In this document: one piece after another, positions 1 to 15,249 of the stretch | Numbering within the stretch: the stretch's first letter is position 1 | Layout of the letters: each line of letters starts with the position of its first letter | Source of the DNA: Scyliorhinus canicula | Lineage: Eukaryota | Length of the DNA: 64,000 nt | Reading direction: 5' to 3' | Assembly: GCF_902713615.1 (NCBI RefSeq) | Contig: NC_052147.1 | Location: 233,437,758-233,501,757 of the forward strand | Position numbers and translations under genes: made by a program | The notes under the pieces: generated by a model | Seen by the model: the letters and a program-made list of their open reading frames with translations, nothing else | What the model was told of the DNA's origin: nothing | Databases searched by the model: none

Positions 1-2088
1 GTCATTTGAGGTCGGAATCGAACCCAGGTCCCTGGCGCTGTGATGCAGCAGTGCTAACCACTGTGCTGCTCTGAAGTACTATGTTCCTTCGGAAGGCTTT
101 TGGTAGGTAAATATACCTTGTTCAAAAACCCAATAAAAAACATTTATTAAAAAATGTTTTCAGTTGCCAAATCTTTAAGCCTTGTATTTCCCTCCCAAAA
201 CACTCTGCCTTTGTGCCTGTCTTTCCTTCTAGGTATTCCTTAAAACTTACATCTTTGACTAAACTTTCGGTCATCTTCTCCCATATCTCTGAATGTGGCT
301 TGGTTTTAAATTTGTTTGATGACACTCAGCGCCAAGGTTCCAGGTTCAATCCCGGCTCTGGGTCACTGTCCGTGTGGAGTTTGCACATTCTCCCCGTTTG
401 CCTGGGTTTCGCCCCCACAACCCAAAGATGTGCAGGGTAGGTGGATTGGCCATGCTAAATTGCCCCTTAATTGGAAAAAAATGAATTGGGTACTCTAAAT
501 GTATTTTTAAAATTGTTCGATGGCACCGCTAAGAAGAACATTGCGAAATTTTACTACATTAAGCCACCATACAAATACCAGATGCTGCTGCTGTTCGATA
601 ACTAACTTGGGTTTGGCACACTCAAACTATGTTTTTGATTTTAAGTTGTTCTTTAGAGCTCACTGGCATAGTTGTTAGTTACATTTTAATGTTAGCACTT
701 GGGTAACTATCCGATGGAAAACCAAAAGTGTATAAATTTCGTTTGAATAACTTTGAGACTGAATTATATCTTTATTGGCTCCTCCTCCCCAGCAGGTACA
801 AAATTTGAACACAAGAGTATCCACATAGTTTTCTGACCCATAATAATTCAGAAAAAAAACAGAAAGGTCCATCACAAAACCAATGAAAGAAAAATCTAAA
901 CACTATTTTCCAGCCTGGCAGCACTTTTTCCCCCCTCCACTTCTGCTGATGCAGTAAAACAATTTGCTGTTTATCACTTCCCTCATTATCTAATGAGGAT
1001 AGTATTAAAGGATTTACAGAATAAAGTGAACACAGAAAAGGATTTTTGCTTCCCATGTATTGACTACACCGAGGTTTTTTTAAAAAAATCTATTAAAAAA
1101 AAAACTTGATTTCACAGATACGGTTTTAGCTTCAAAATTATTTAAGATATAAATGTATGACCAACCGTTAATGGTACATTGCAGCAGAAACATTGCGCAA
1201 TCAAGGGTTTGTACTGCATGTGACTGCAAATGCTTACTGCAGCAGCAAACTATTACCCACAGGATTTCAAAAAGAGATCAAGAGTTTAACCATACAGCTG
1301 CAAGCTCTTTTAGATTACTCTTTTAAACTAGAGAACCAATGGCTTAGGAAAAGCTATCTATATAATAGTGTTTATGTTTATAGTCTGTGTAATCGTATAT
1401 TTTTATTAAAATTTTAATTCCTCGAATGTCATATTATGAGGAAAATTCTGACACCTAGAATTCAGAAGGTGGTGGGAGAAACATATCTCTTGATTTAGGA
1501 GTAGATGGATTTCAGATACAAACTTATAGAAATTAATGTAGTTGTCATTGTTATGCAACATGGCCTCATACTTTAACTCTTTAGTCCTGGTAGCATTTTA
1601 CCTGCACCTCATCCAAAATGATTAACATTAAAGGTGAAATGCTGAGTCCCAGTACAGATCACTGGGGAACATGATTTTTCACATTGTGCCAATCAAAGAA
1701 TGTTATCCTTGATCACTCTGCTAGTCTCCTATCTTCCACCTAATTGCCAACCATAAAGTTAGTGCACAAAATTTAAACTTCTCATGTGCCTTCTTTCCGG
1801 ATAGATAACATGCACAGACTTAGTCACCGTGCTGATGGATTAGTCAGGCATGATCTACTCTTCATAAATATATGCTAACTCTGTCTGATCAGCTTACACT
1901 TGTCCAGGAGTTCAGCCACTCTGTCTGATAGTAGACATGTTAAACTAACAGTATGTAATTATATGCTTTCTTCCTCCCTCCTTGAATAATGGTCTGGCAT
2001 TTGCAACTTTACAATCCAGACAATTATTGGCATTCTTTGGTCAGTAGTTCTAGATTGACTCCAAGGCTAGTTTGTTCTAAGGCCCTGG

Positions 2089-2320
2089 ATAAAAGCAAAT
2101 TACTGCGGATGCTGGGATCTGAAACCAAAGAGAAAATGCTGGAAAATCTCAACAGGTCTGGCAGCATCTGTAAGGAGAGAAAAGAGCTAACTCTTCGAGT
2201 CCAAATGACTCTTTGTGAAAGGCTTTGACGAAAGGCCATCTGAACTCGAAACATTAGCTCTTTTCTCTCCCGACAGATGCTGTCAGAGCTGCTAAGATTT
2301 TCCAGCATTTTCTCTTTGTT
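2089..2320. mobile_element. Penelope-like inverted pseudo-LTR remnant (family 1)
   Basis: Long palindrome centred near 2220 with degenerate hammerhead cores. Similar copies at 18422, 19092, 49819 and 62405. Confidence 0.65.
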
Positions 2321-2467
2321 ATAAGGCCCATTGAAAATGGAATAAAGCCCTCTTAGTGTCAACACAAAATGGTTTACTGGGAATGGGCAAATGACCTGGT
2401 GGATTTCTTTGTATGCGGAGAAAGCTGACGCTCACACTTTCAGTATAAAATAGGATAGCATGTCTTC

Positions 2468-2700
2468 ATAAACAGAGAATGCGAGAAACACTCAGCAGGT
2501 CTGACAGCATCTGCTGGGAGAGAAAAAAGTTAACCTTTCAAGTCCGTTTGACTCTTCATCATTAGTTCTGATGAAGAGTCAAACGGACTTGAAACGTTAA
2601 CTGTTTTCTCTCTCTGCAGATGCTGCCATATCGGCTGCGTTTTTCCAGAATTCTCAGTTTGACAGTTTCAGATTCCAGCATTTGCAGTATTTTGCTTACT
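2468..2700. mobile_element. Penelope-like inverted pseudo-LTR remnant (family 1 relative)
   Basis: Palindrome centred near 2564 with back-to-back hammerhead cores. Confidence 0.65.
2563..2603 (+). ncRNA. Minimal type I hammerhead ribozyme motif
   Basis: Stem I (t)AGTT/AACT(g); CTGATGA (2568-2574); A + stem II GAGTC/GACTT; GAAA (2591-2594); palindromic ACGT stem III; cleavage triplet GUU. Confidence 0.65.
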
Positions 2701-3005
2701 TTAGCATTTCAATGATCTCTTATGAACTTGTATTCATCACCAGAAGGTTCGTAGTTCTGTGGAATTAGTATTTTGCATTTCAAGACACCTACTGCCACCG
2801 TTGACCACTTTCAATAAGACACAACAGATGCAGAATAAAGCTTCCTCTTGAGACCATTGAAGCAGTCATTTTCAAACTCAGGGGTGCAACCCAGGGTGGG
2901 TCACGGGCAGCTGTCAGGAGGGTCGCAGCACTATGCGTCACGGATTTCCTGATCGCAGGAAGTAGTGCCCAACGGCCGCAACTGACTTTGAAAAATGCTG
3001 ACCGC

Positions 3006-3695
3006 TGTCTTGCTCTTGGCGTAGCTTAAGCTGCTTCCTTGATGTTCACTCTGACAAAGGAAGGTTCAGACGTGGAGATAACCTCAACACATTTATTGAA
3101 CTATTTACAATTCTCCGACTCGGATTCGCCACTACTGTTAATCCTTCTATAGCTACTCAGACTGACGAACCAGTCTGCTACCACATGGTGGGTGTGATAT
3201 TGAATCAACCCTGTATCTGTACTCACTGAGTGTCTCCACTGGAAACAGTAAGAAGTCTTAGAACACCAGGCTAAAGTCCAACAGGTTTGTTTCAAACACT
3301 AGCTTTCGGAGCACTGCTCCTTCCTTCTCCTGAGGAAGGAGCAGTGCTCCGAAAGCTAGTGTTTGAAACAAACCTGTTGGACTTTAACCTGGTATTGTAA
3401 AACTTCTTACAGTGCTCACCCCAGTCCAACGCCGGCATCTCCACATCATGGCTACCATCCACTGGAAAGAGAAAGATCATGTGTGCTGTGTCCTTTATAT
3501 ATGGGTTGGTGTAATGCCCCCTGTGGCAGTGTCACCTCTGTGTGTATCGTGAATGCCCATTGGTCGTGTCCTATCTTACTGACCTATTGGTTGAGTGTGT
3601 GTGTGTCATGTCTCTGGTGCTCCCTCTAGTGTCTAGCTAATCTACGTGTACTTACATTAACCCCTTGTGTATCTACAGTGATGCACATCACCACA
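3006..3695 (-). mobile_element. Solo LTR nested in the hAT element
   Basis: TG...CA ends; 5-bp TSD accgc/gccgc; minus-strand AATAAA (about 3092) and TATA (about 3495). Confidence 0.75.
3246..3457. mobile_element. Penelope-like pseudo-LTR remnant, inverted-repeat form (family 2), with hammerhead motif
   Basis: Palindromic arms; perfect 11-bp TSD tccactggaaa (3235-3245 / 3458-3468); core CTGAGGA-A-GGAGC-agt-GCTCC-GAAA-GCTA at 3330-3358. Confidence 0.7.
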
Positions 3696-6269
3696 GCCGC
3701 AACCCGTTTTCAGAATGCAGCTTTCCCATGCACACGCGCCCTTTCAGCCGTGCGCAGGCCTGGAGCGCAGCCGGGCAAACCGCCTCCTCCTGACATCAGC
3801 GCACTGACCCAGGAGCAGATTTTATTTTTAAATTGATGCAGTCTTCCTGCCTGGAGTGGTGGTAGAGGTCGCGCCCCATACACTGGCATCACGTTCCCTG
3901 GGCTGAAGAGAGAATCCTCCATTTTGTTAGCAGCAAGCAAACAATAGGACTTAATTTAAAATGGATCATTTTGCAATAAGGAAGAGAGAGGGCCAGAGAC
4001 ACAAACAGTTCAGGATCTCACAACTAAATCTGCTGGAGAAAGCGGCTCAGGAGAACCCACAGCAGGACAAAGCACTGCTGGTGTGAGCTCCAGGGAATCT
4101 GGTGAACAGCCCATTTAGAAGAAGCTGATATCAGGAACTAAGCAGTATAAAGATGATTTCTTAAGGTATGGATTAATTAATTGTGCCAATTCAAATCAGT
4201 ATGCGAAGCCCATGTGTGTTATATACAGAGAAGTGCTGGCAAATGAAAGTTTAAAACACTCTAGACTTCAAGGCATGGCGAGATTGAGGACAAACCTCTT
4301 GATTTTTTTTAAACGGATGCAGTGAGAACTTAAATTGTCGGCTGAAATCCTAGCAGAAATGTAACATTGAATGACAAGGCAAATTAGATTGTGAGGACCA
4401 TACAGGCTCACCTGCCATGTTAAAGGTAAGCAAAAATGGTGGGTCGCAAGGTTTGGCCAGCAAGGGTCGCGAAGGTCGGCTGGTTGGTAAAAATGGGTCC
4501 TGGGCAAAAAGGTTTGAAAAACACTGCATTAATGCATCCTGTACCACCTAGAGGTCATTCCTCCACTTTCCATTGTACCAAAATGGTTTAATTACAGATA
4601 TCAAGAATGTTCAGCTTTTTTGGAACCTGGAGACGTACATTCATTAAGGTCAGTCAGAATTTGGAATGATTGTTCGGAAATATAAATGCCCCAATACACA
4701 AAAATCAAGTCACAACATGTAACACCAATCACATGCGAAGGTCCATACATACAAAATAAAATGAGACTCTCATACACTAAAAATCATATGGATGCACAGG
4801 TAGACTGCCCAGCACAAAAAAGGTCCACAACGTATAAAATAAGCAAGACATCACATCCACAAACAAATACAAAGTTTCCCCACAGTCCTCACTCAGCACC
4901 AGTCCCCATAAGCCCCAAATCCTTTTCCTCACCTGAAACTTGAAAACCAGTTCAGTATATTAGGGTGTCAGCTATAACTGTGCTAGAGTGGTAGGCTATA
5001 CCTATCTTCATTTTTGAACAAGACCTGTGAGCTTTTCTTTCCATCATTTTCTGTTTTTATTTCAGATCTCCAGCATCCACAGTTTTTGATTTTAGTTCAG
5101 GAAACTTTACCTATTTTACTGGTAAGTAAGCAATTCCAGCTAAAGCTACTGCGTCAAATGGTCTTCTTAAAGGTAGATATAGATCAAGGTTACTTTAGAG
5201 TTTAAAGACTCCCAAGTTGTTACTGATCTTGCTAATTTTGGATAAGCTTTTAAAGATGGCCTTGTAGAAATTGTAAGCCAGCAATTAGTAGCAGTGAAAC
5301 TCCTCCCCAAGAATAAGTAATTAGGTTAACTGAGTATACGTTTGAGCAAAAATCAATCATAGTGCAGACCAAGTTATCCTCATTAATGATTTAAAATGAA
5401 AGCTTACATCACATGCACCCTAAATGTACAAAGCAAAAGTTCTCAAACTGCTTCATACATAAGGAAAAGCAGATGCCAATGGAGAGAAAGGGAGTGCTGA
5501 CCAAAATACTGGTCAAACTGTTGGATTTTAAGTCAGAATCTTAAAACAAGGGATGGAGGAGATGTTTTGGGAGGGAATATTCCAGAACAATGGATGCTGC
5601 ACAGCTAAAAGCACAGCCACTGATGGTAGCCTGAAGGGGAAAGCACAGCATTGAAGGGCTGGAGTGTTCGAGGGTTGGGAAGCTGTGAATTTGAGGATGT
5701 TGAAGACAGAAAGCAGTGAAGTGATGGAGGAACTTAAATACAAATTTTACACCTGAGGCACAGGAGTCTGGCATGCAAATGGGCCGGCGAGGAGAGAAGT
5801 AATGGAGAACAATGCTCCTTCTAAACTGCCCAGCCCCACAGCAATGCAGGAATTCTCATGCAGGTCAGTCTCTTTCAGTTAGCGCAGGTCAGGTTAGGTC
5901 AGGTGTGCGTGACCATGGAAAAATGTACACTTGAATGATAAGCTGAGGGCAATGCTGATGGGCAAGTCATACTAATTGAAGAATAGTAACCAGGCAGCAG
6001 GAGTGTTGGATAAAATGAAATGGAAGGAGGGTGGAGACTGGAAAAAGCAATGTACTATTTGATTAGAGATGATAAAGACATGGAAAGGGTTTGAACATCA
6101 GGTGGGCTGAAGTCATGGTGAGAGTAGAGGATGGAGACAATGCTGCTGGAAACAGTTTTGATTAAAATTAATTCCTCGAATGCGCGAGTGTCACTGGCAA
6201 GGCTATCCTGGAAAGTTGGCTTCGAGCTGTCTTCACATAGTACATTTCAGTTATTAAGAGTCATGGACT

Positions 6270-7560
<1,291 letters not shown>

Positions 7561-7839
7561 ATTGCAAAAGGAGCAAGAGTGCAAAATGGAAATTGAGCAT
7601 TTGTCAAACAATTCTAACGTCCCCCTGGAAGAAGCAAACTTTTGTGATGCTCCATTTTTGTAACTAAAACTTAATTGTCATTTTTTAAAAAAATTATGTG
7701 CTCAATTCCCTGGAGTGGACTCCTCAGCTTTCTGACTCGAGATGCAGCAGCCACAGCTGACGCAGTAACTTTGGCTACATGACTCATGAGTGGAGTACAC
7801 ATGAACCAGTTGTATTAACCAATGTAGTCATGAGCATAC

Positions 7840-8720
7840 AAATATTTGAATTAGGAGCAGATGGCCTGGCCATTTGGGCCCTTGAGTCTATCTCTGCCAT
7901 TTGGTAAGATCATGGCTGACCTGATTGTGGCCTCTACTTTCCTGACCACCCGAATAACCTTTGACTCCAAAGGCCATAAGATATAGGAGCAGAGTCAATC
8001 AAGAATCTACCCAATTTGGCCTGAAAAATATTCAGTGTCATATTCTCCTCCCCTAAAGAGGAGACAAACAGAGGCTGACAACCCTCGGTCTCAACTAGGT
8101 CTTAAATTGTGTCCGTTAGTTCTAGTTTCTCCCTCAAGGAAAATTGTCAGGTTCTACCCAGTCAAGTCCCCTCACGATCTTATGTTTCAATAAGATCACT
8201 TCTCATTATTCAAAACCCCAATGGACACCTGACCAACCTTTCCTCACAAGGCAAGGGCGGCATGGTGGCTCGCACTTCTGCCTCACAGCTCCAGGATTCA
8301 ATTCCAGCCTCAGGTGACTGTCTGTGTGGAGTTTGCACTTCCTCTCCATGTTTGCATGGGTTTCCTCCGGATGCTCCAGTTTCCCACACAGTCCAAAGAT
8401 GTGCAGGTTAGGTGGCTTGACCATGCTAAATTGCCCCTCAAGTGTCCAAAAGGTTAGATAGGGTTACTGGGCTATGGGGATAGGGTGGAGGAGTGGGCTT
8501 AAGTAGGGTGCTCTTTCCAAGAGCCGGTGCATGATGTGCCGAATGGCCTCCTTCTAAACTATCGGGATTCTATGATAACCGCTTAATCCCAAGGAATAAG
8601 CAGAAAGAACCTTCTCTGCACTGCTTCCAATGGAATTATAATATTTCTTAAATAAGGAGATCATTGAGACATCATACACTAGATGTGGTCTCACCAAAGT
8701 CCAGCACAATTGGAGCAGTA
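7840..8720 (-). mobile_element. CR1-clade LINE 3' fragment with nested SINE (8255-8575)
   Basis: TLVRPHLVY motif; 3' end similar to 20440-21310. Confidence 0.6.
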
Positions 8721-10809
8721 GGTGTGATATAAAATCTAATTTTCTCTTCTCTGCATAGCCTCTCAATGACTCATTTTCTGCAAACCAATGGCATTCAGAA
8801 ACTTCCATGAAGGGAGCAATGCTCGGTAATTTAAGTACACTAATATAACAAACAAAAATCCTATTTCAAGATATTCACTCCATGTTTCAAAGATCAGTCA
8901 AATATGCATTTGCGACCTTTGCAAAAATCGGTGAATCAATCACTGTTAACCACAAAATATTAATGCAATTAGAACTATTTTCATTTTGCCCAAACCACTC
9001 CAAGCAATTCGAATACATAATTGTACATCCTGCACTCTTCACATTGTGTTCCCAGTCTGACCATCACTCTCCAAATGTTTCTGGCGGTCTTTTATCAATA
9101 AATAATATTAATCAATCTGCTGTCCTTTCCACCATTGTATTTTATTTCAGACTTTCGTAATTTGTAATTCTTTTGTTTACCTGTAAATTGGTCATTTTCA
9201 AACTGGCTGTACGGCAAATTCTTAACACATTGAATTATATTACTGGGAATCAATTTAACTTTAGAAAGCTTGACTTTTGCTCCAAAATACTGACATGACC
9301 AAACTATTTTAATTCTAACTTCTTGACTGACATGTCAGTTTGAACAGTCAGTGGCTCGCTCACCTGAGGCACAGGATTGATGATTTCCAGCTCCATCATT
9401 GATTGAACCATAGAATCTAGGATGTCATTGCTCCTCTCCCAAGCCCTTGATGTCACTTTCAAAATCATTGCTCATCTTTTCATTAACCCCAAGTATGAAT
9501 CACAATACGTTTGTATCCTTCCCACAGCAACAAATCACCTGAACAAAAGACATAATTGACATCATGTGACGGTTAGATGGTCACTCCTTGAACACCGCAA
9601 TCTTTGATACAACCAACCACAACATCTCCCTCTGATACCTCTCCTCCATTGTCCAACTCGATGAGATTGCCTTTGCCAAGTTACACTCTTTCAATCCCCA
9701 TACCTTTAATTCTATGTTGCCAAGAATTGACATGTTTAATCCATCTACATGCTTGCCCCAGAAACATGAAGTACAGACATGAGGTCAGCTTTCACATTTA
9801 AATTTCTCATCCCCATGTTTAAATCCCCTCATGATTTCACCGTTCCTTCCAACAGGGCTCTCTTCTGTTCTCTCATTCAGCTCTTTTGTGAATACCCATA
9901 ACATGCATCTAGCCATCTATGCCTCAAGCTCTAGAATTCCCTTTCACTTAATCACATCCATCTTCCTCTGATCCTCTGAACATTTCCCTATATTAAAACA
10001 GGTACTATATTTCACAAAGTATTTAATTGGCTGGGAAGTGCTTTGAGGCACTCACGCTGTGAAAGGCACCACACAAATACAAGTTACTTCCTTCTTTAAA
10101 AAGCCAACTCTTACCCAAGCTTTTGGTCAATGCTCCTAATATCCTGTTCTTTGGCCCAGTTACTTCTCATTACAGCTCGGTGAAATGCCTTGGGATTTCT
10201 TTTCTATGCTGAAGGTCCTACATCGATGCAAATCATTGCCCACATGCCAATGCAGTCCTGAGGAAATGCTGCACTGTCATTAATACCACCTCTATGAGGA
10301 AACAACATCTGTTTAAAAGGGCACATCTTTTCACTCATTCATTTTTGATGTTGGTACATTGCTGTGCACAAATTGGCTGATGTTTTGTAGCAAAAGTGAC
10401 TATAATTTAAAGAGTCGCAAAACACTTGAGGTATTCTGAAAAACTATACAAATAAAAATTATTTAATTTGCCCATTTAGCAAAGACCAACATAATTTTAA
10501 TAACAATATTTTGATAACAATGGAATTAAGACTTTGTCTTCATGTCGGTAACCAGTTGATAAATACTTCATCCATTACGTTTGAACAATCTATAGCATTC
10601 AATATGCATCACAACAGCATGGAAATTTTCAAGACAAGTAACTGTGAAGAAAGATGAAACTTGGACTAAAAGGAATGGGAGATCTCGACTCAATCATTAT
10701 ACATCAGGTAATGATACGGTCCAACTGAGTTGCTATGGCCCGAGTGAACAAAGAGCCTTTCTGCTGAACCCTTTCACAGGGTGAACATGAAGAGCACCAG
10801 TTCAACTTT

Positions 10810-11135
10810 TTTTTTTTAATTCGTTCATGGGAGGTGGGCATCACTGACTGGCCAGCATTTAATATTCATCCCTAATTCCCTGTGAGGGGGCAGTTAAGAG
10901 TCAACCACATTGTTGTGGGTCTGGAATCACATGCAAGAACTGCAGATTTGCTTCCTTAAAAGGACATTAGTGAACCAGGTGGGTTTTTACAACAATCGAC
11001 AATGGTTTCACGGTCATCATTAGACTTTAATTCCAGACTTTGATTGAATTGTAGTGGTAGGATTCGTACCCAGGAGCCCAGAGCTTTAGCCCCTGGGTTG
11101 CTACTAGTCCAGTGACAATACTACTGTGCCACCTC
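10810..11135 (-). repeat. Third tRNA-headed SINE family
   Basis: Minus-strand head ggtggcacagtagta...gggtacgaatcc; A-rich tail; related copy at 44445-44705. Confidence 0.6.
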
Positions 11136-11754
11136 CTCCCTTTAGAATCTACAGGGGAAGAAATGGCACCATGTAATTAAAAGTATCCAAGATCTGTTCC
11201 ATCCACCAGGGATAGGTTAAAAATTATTCCCATAGATATTCGAAATGACCTGTGGGAATATGTTTTATCCTGTCCATGGGGACGCACGATGGCACAGTGG
11301 CTCTGCAAAGCCTATTCATATCGTCACTGATCCGAAGTTACGTGGTCTTTTGCAATGGTAAAATAAAATATAGATAATTCGCCATAAAACCTTTCCTTTC
11401 AAATTAAATGATGACCTGCAAGATGGTATTTCGATAAATAAAATTCTCTTTAAAAGGTATATATTTCACCCAAATATTAATTGAAATTATAACAATTTGC
11501 AAGAAGCATGTAGTATAAAGTAATAAACAGTTGGAGTTTAGAGTTTTGGTTATAGCCTCATCTGTATTGCCAAGAGATTTATTCTATTTTCTTTTAATCT
11601 CAATGTCCCTCTCTCTCTCTGCATTATTAGAACGCTGAGGCAAGTAGGAAGACATGAACAGAAACCTGCGAGTTTCAGGAAAGATGCATTAAAACTACTT
11701 GTTCCCCAGTGCCAAAAACATCTGAATTCAAATTTTAAAGGCGCTTCATTGAAT

Positions 11755-12085
11755 AGAATCATAGAATCCCTACAATGCAGCAGGAGGACATTTGGCCCAT
11801 CGAGTCTGTAACAACTCTGAAAGAGCACTCTACTCAGGCCCACCCCCCACTCCACCTTTACTCCATAACCCCACCTAACCTGCGCATTTTTGGACACTAA
11901 GGAACAATTCAGCATGGCCAATCCAACTAACCTGCACATCTTTGGTCTGTGGGAGGAAACCGGAGCACCTGGAGAAAACCCACAGACATAGGTAGAATGT
12001 GCAAAATCCACACAGTCACCCAAGGCCATAACTGAACCCGGGTCCTGGTGCTGTGAGGAAGTAGTGCTAACCACTGTGCCATCCC
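11755..12085 (-). repeat. tRNA-derived SINE (same family)
   Basis: Reverse-complement match to 31603-31950. Confidence 0.8.
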
Positions 12086-12154
12086 AATGAACGAGTATAT
12101 TATTCTCTTTCTTTCTTTGAAGCCGCTCGACAGTATAATAATGTGTACAATTGT

Positions 12155-12440
12155 GGGCAGCACGATAGCTTCACAGCACTAGGGTCCCAGGTACGATTCC
12201 CGGCTTGGGTCTCTGTCTGTGTGGAGTCTGCACGTTCTCCTCGTGTCTGCGTGGGTTTCTCCCGGGAGCTCTGGTTTCCTCCCACAAGTCCCGAAAGACG
12301 TGCTATTAGGTAATTTGGACATTCTGAATTCTCCCTCCGTGTACCAGAACAGGCGCCGGCATGTGGCGACTAGGGGCTTTTCACAGTCACATCATTGCAG
12401 TGTTAATATAAGCCTATTTGTGACAATAAAAATTATTATA
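12155..12440 (+). repeat. tRNA-derived SINE with alternative tail
   Basis: Same head; tail ggcgactaggggcttttcacag...gtgacaataaa(tta)n. Confidence 0.8.
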
Positions 12441-14769
12441 ATCCAAAGTGCAATGTACAACTTGCAATGGGGACGGTTAAAACCATAAGCAGGCACAATG
12501 TCTTCTTGAATTCACTAATGAAACTAGATTCAATTTGTATAACAACACACAATTCAAATCAGTATTGCAAAGCACAGAAAGTGGAAGTCTCTTTGCCAAG
12601 TTTTGAAACTTGCAATCAAAAACTTTATGATTGTCCAGGTGATAGGTGGGTGTTTAGGGAACTAAGTGTGTAGTTATGGAAAATAATTTAAAATAATGTC
12701 GTTGCTTGGTGTCTCATGTTTCTGAGTTCTCAATTTCATATCACTACGGCAGATGGATCTGAAACAAATTAACACTCAGAATACAGACAGCTTGTCACAA
12801 ATTTCCTTGTCCAAATCTTACATAGAATTTTTGGATGTTGTGAAACATGATTTCTTACTCAGTTAATTTGTTCTGTTGAATTTCATGAGAATGAAAAGGA
12901 CTGCTTTTAGTACTGTAATTCATTTGACAAATTCTTAATCAGTCAACAGCAGAATAAAGGGCAGACCTTTCCTTGCCAGCAAAAATCAAAGAGCTCAAAT
13001 CAGCTGAGAAAGAAATAAACACAGGCGGCACCATGAAACATTGGAAAAGGAAAGCACGGAGAACAGGGCTTCAAAGAGAGGCGGCAAATGTTGCAGGGTC
13101 ACAGAGAAAGGGTCAGGAGCAAGCAAGGTCACAGAAAAGAGTGGTGCAATGATGCAGCTAATTATTAGCCAGATTTGGATTTACCTTTCAAAACTAGATA
13201 GCAAGAGTTCTGACAAAGGGAGCTGTTACTTTGATGTTTCCTCATCCAGTTAACATGATGTTAAATGTTTTTTGTAATTTCAGGACTTGCTTTTGCAATT
13301 TGGAGGGAGATAACGATCAAGGCAAGAAAGTTTGAAAATGAGATTAGTTGAAACTGTGTCAAGTGGGAGCAGCTAAAATTACCTGGCAGCAGATACACAG
13401 TGCTGAAGCAAACCTCAGACAAAAAACAAAAGCGATATGAAAGAGGGAGAATAGGTACAAAGCATCTCCTGAGAAAGAAAACAGACGGAGACAATGAGGC
13501 ACATAGAGAACCATAAAAATGCAGGGGCACAATGTTAACTTGATCATTTACATGCATAGTTACACACACAAGTGTAATGTACCCAAGCTTGATGAAGATG
13601 CATAGCTAGGTGCAAAAGTCAACCACTGGAGGACACTGAGGCTACAAAGAGATAGAGACAAGTTAAATTAGAAAGCAAGATGGCAAACGGAGTGTAGTCG
13701 GAAGAAATATGGAACTGTCTCCTGCAGAAAGAGTAGAAATCCAGAATCTAATTTGTTTTTAAAAAAGTGTAGAAAAAAGCAATGTATATAAAAACACTCC
13801 ACAAACGCTCAGTCCACAATTTGTACAATTTTCCCCCTTTTTACCCCTTTCCCACGATTAACAGTTCCTCAAACATCGTCAGAGGATAGGATGGGAATAG
13901 AGGGATATGGATCCCGGAAGTGCAGAAGATTTTAGTTTAGACAGGCAGCATGGTCGGCATAGGCTTGGAGGGCCGAAGGGCCTGTTCCTGTGCTGTACTT
14001 TTCCTTGTTCTTTGTCATGAACAACCCCCACCGCAACTCAAAGCCCTTCACTGACCCCCTCAGCTCAAACTTAATCTTAAACTTAAGTCCATCACCTGCA
14101 TAAATTCACTCTCCCTCGACAACTCAACAGGATTTTTTTGATGGCAAGACACAAATTTTTTGTATGTCACAAAAAAAGCAGCAAGGGTTAGAATTTGGAA
14201 TAAAGTCTTGCAGCAATAATATAGGGCTATGGTGAGATCACAACTGGAATACTACATAAAAGTTTTGGTCTCCTTTCGTAAGAGAAGATATATCTCCCTC
14301 TAAATTTTTTAAGAGCCCGACAAAATAGATGCCAAGAGATTGATTCCCCTCACAAGAGGCTAGATCCAATGCATCTCCCTAGTTAATCAGTTAGAACTGA
14401 GACTCAAGAGGGTGCGAATTTTTGGAGTTCTTCATCCCAGAGGGCTGTGAATGCTCAGTAGTTGAGGGTATTTATGAAAAATGTCAATAGATTTGTGGAT
14501 ACCAAGGGAGTGGAGGGAAATGGCGAAAGCACGGAAAAGTGGGGCCTGGAACATGCGGCATAATCTTATGGAATGGCGGAACAGGCTACTTTTGTTCTTT
14601 TTTTTTCCACATTCATGGTAAATGTAAATATGGTTAGGTAACTCCAGAGTTTCAGGATTTGCTTCAAATTTAGGACCAGAAAGAAAGGGAAGTGATAAAT
14701 TGGGCACATAAATTGCACTTTATACAGCAGTAACATACGCTGAAATGGGAGAGGAGTACACAGGATTGG

Positions 14770-15000
14770 CACTTGGCAGAATCCATCGTCACAGTGCTGA
14801 GAGTTGCAGCGTCAGGTGTCGTCTTTCAGAGGACACCTTCAACCAAAGCTCCATCTGCCTGTATGGATTTACATAAAAGACCTCATGCCGCTATTTGCGG
14901 AAGAGTGCTTCCTGTCAAGTGTCCAAAATTTATCTCTAAACCAACACCATCCATAAAGCATTTTAGAACATCCGAGAACATGAAATATGCTACATAAACA
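14770..15000 (+). repeat. Old DeuSINE-like (Deu-domain) remnant
   Basis: ggtgtcgtctttcaga...aaaagacctcatgcc resembles the Deu central domain as I recall it; related remnant about 10250-10450. Confidence 0.4.
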
Positions 15001-15249
15001 TAAACATATTCTCTTTCTCCCTTAACACTTAAGGTGGAATATTTGTATCCAAGGCCCAGAAATCAATAAAGCAAGATGCCTTGGACACCAAAATAATCCT
15101 GGAATTGGACTATGAATACCTGTTTCAGAAGTTCATTTATGGGAGGATGCTAGAGCTCTACACCTGCAAGACATTTGTACTCGGGTTTTCTGACACAAAA
15201 ATCAATTATGACCAACGCTTAGCATCTTTGCACTACAATCACTGAAACA

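Larger units (their letters stand above)
2863..4526 (+). mobile_element. Non-autonomous hAT (Buster/Charlie-type) DNA transposon with transposase N-terminal remnant
   Basis: TIRs CAGTCATTTTCAAAC / GTTTGAAAAACACTG; 8-bp TSD cattgaag/cattaatg. Remnant YKDDFLRYG...KPMCVI.REVLANESLK.SRL (about 4140-4275) resembles the Buster BED-finger region. Confidence 0.8.

Noticed and set aside
10690-10720. YHYLMYN-like stretch as OSBPL11 exon 2 (also WQYR near 11565)
   Set aside because: No continuing match; stop codon in frame near 11565 and no fitting splice sites.
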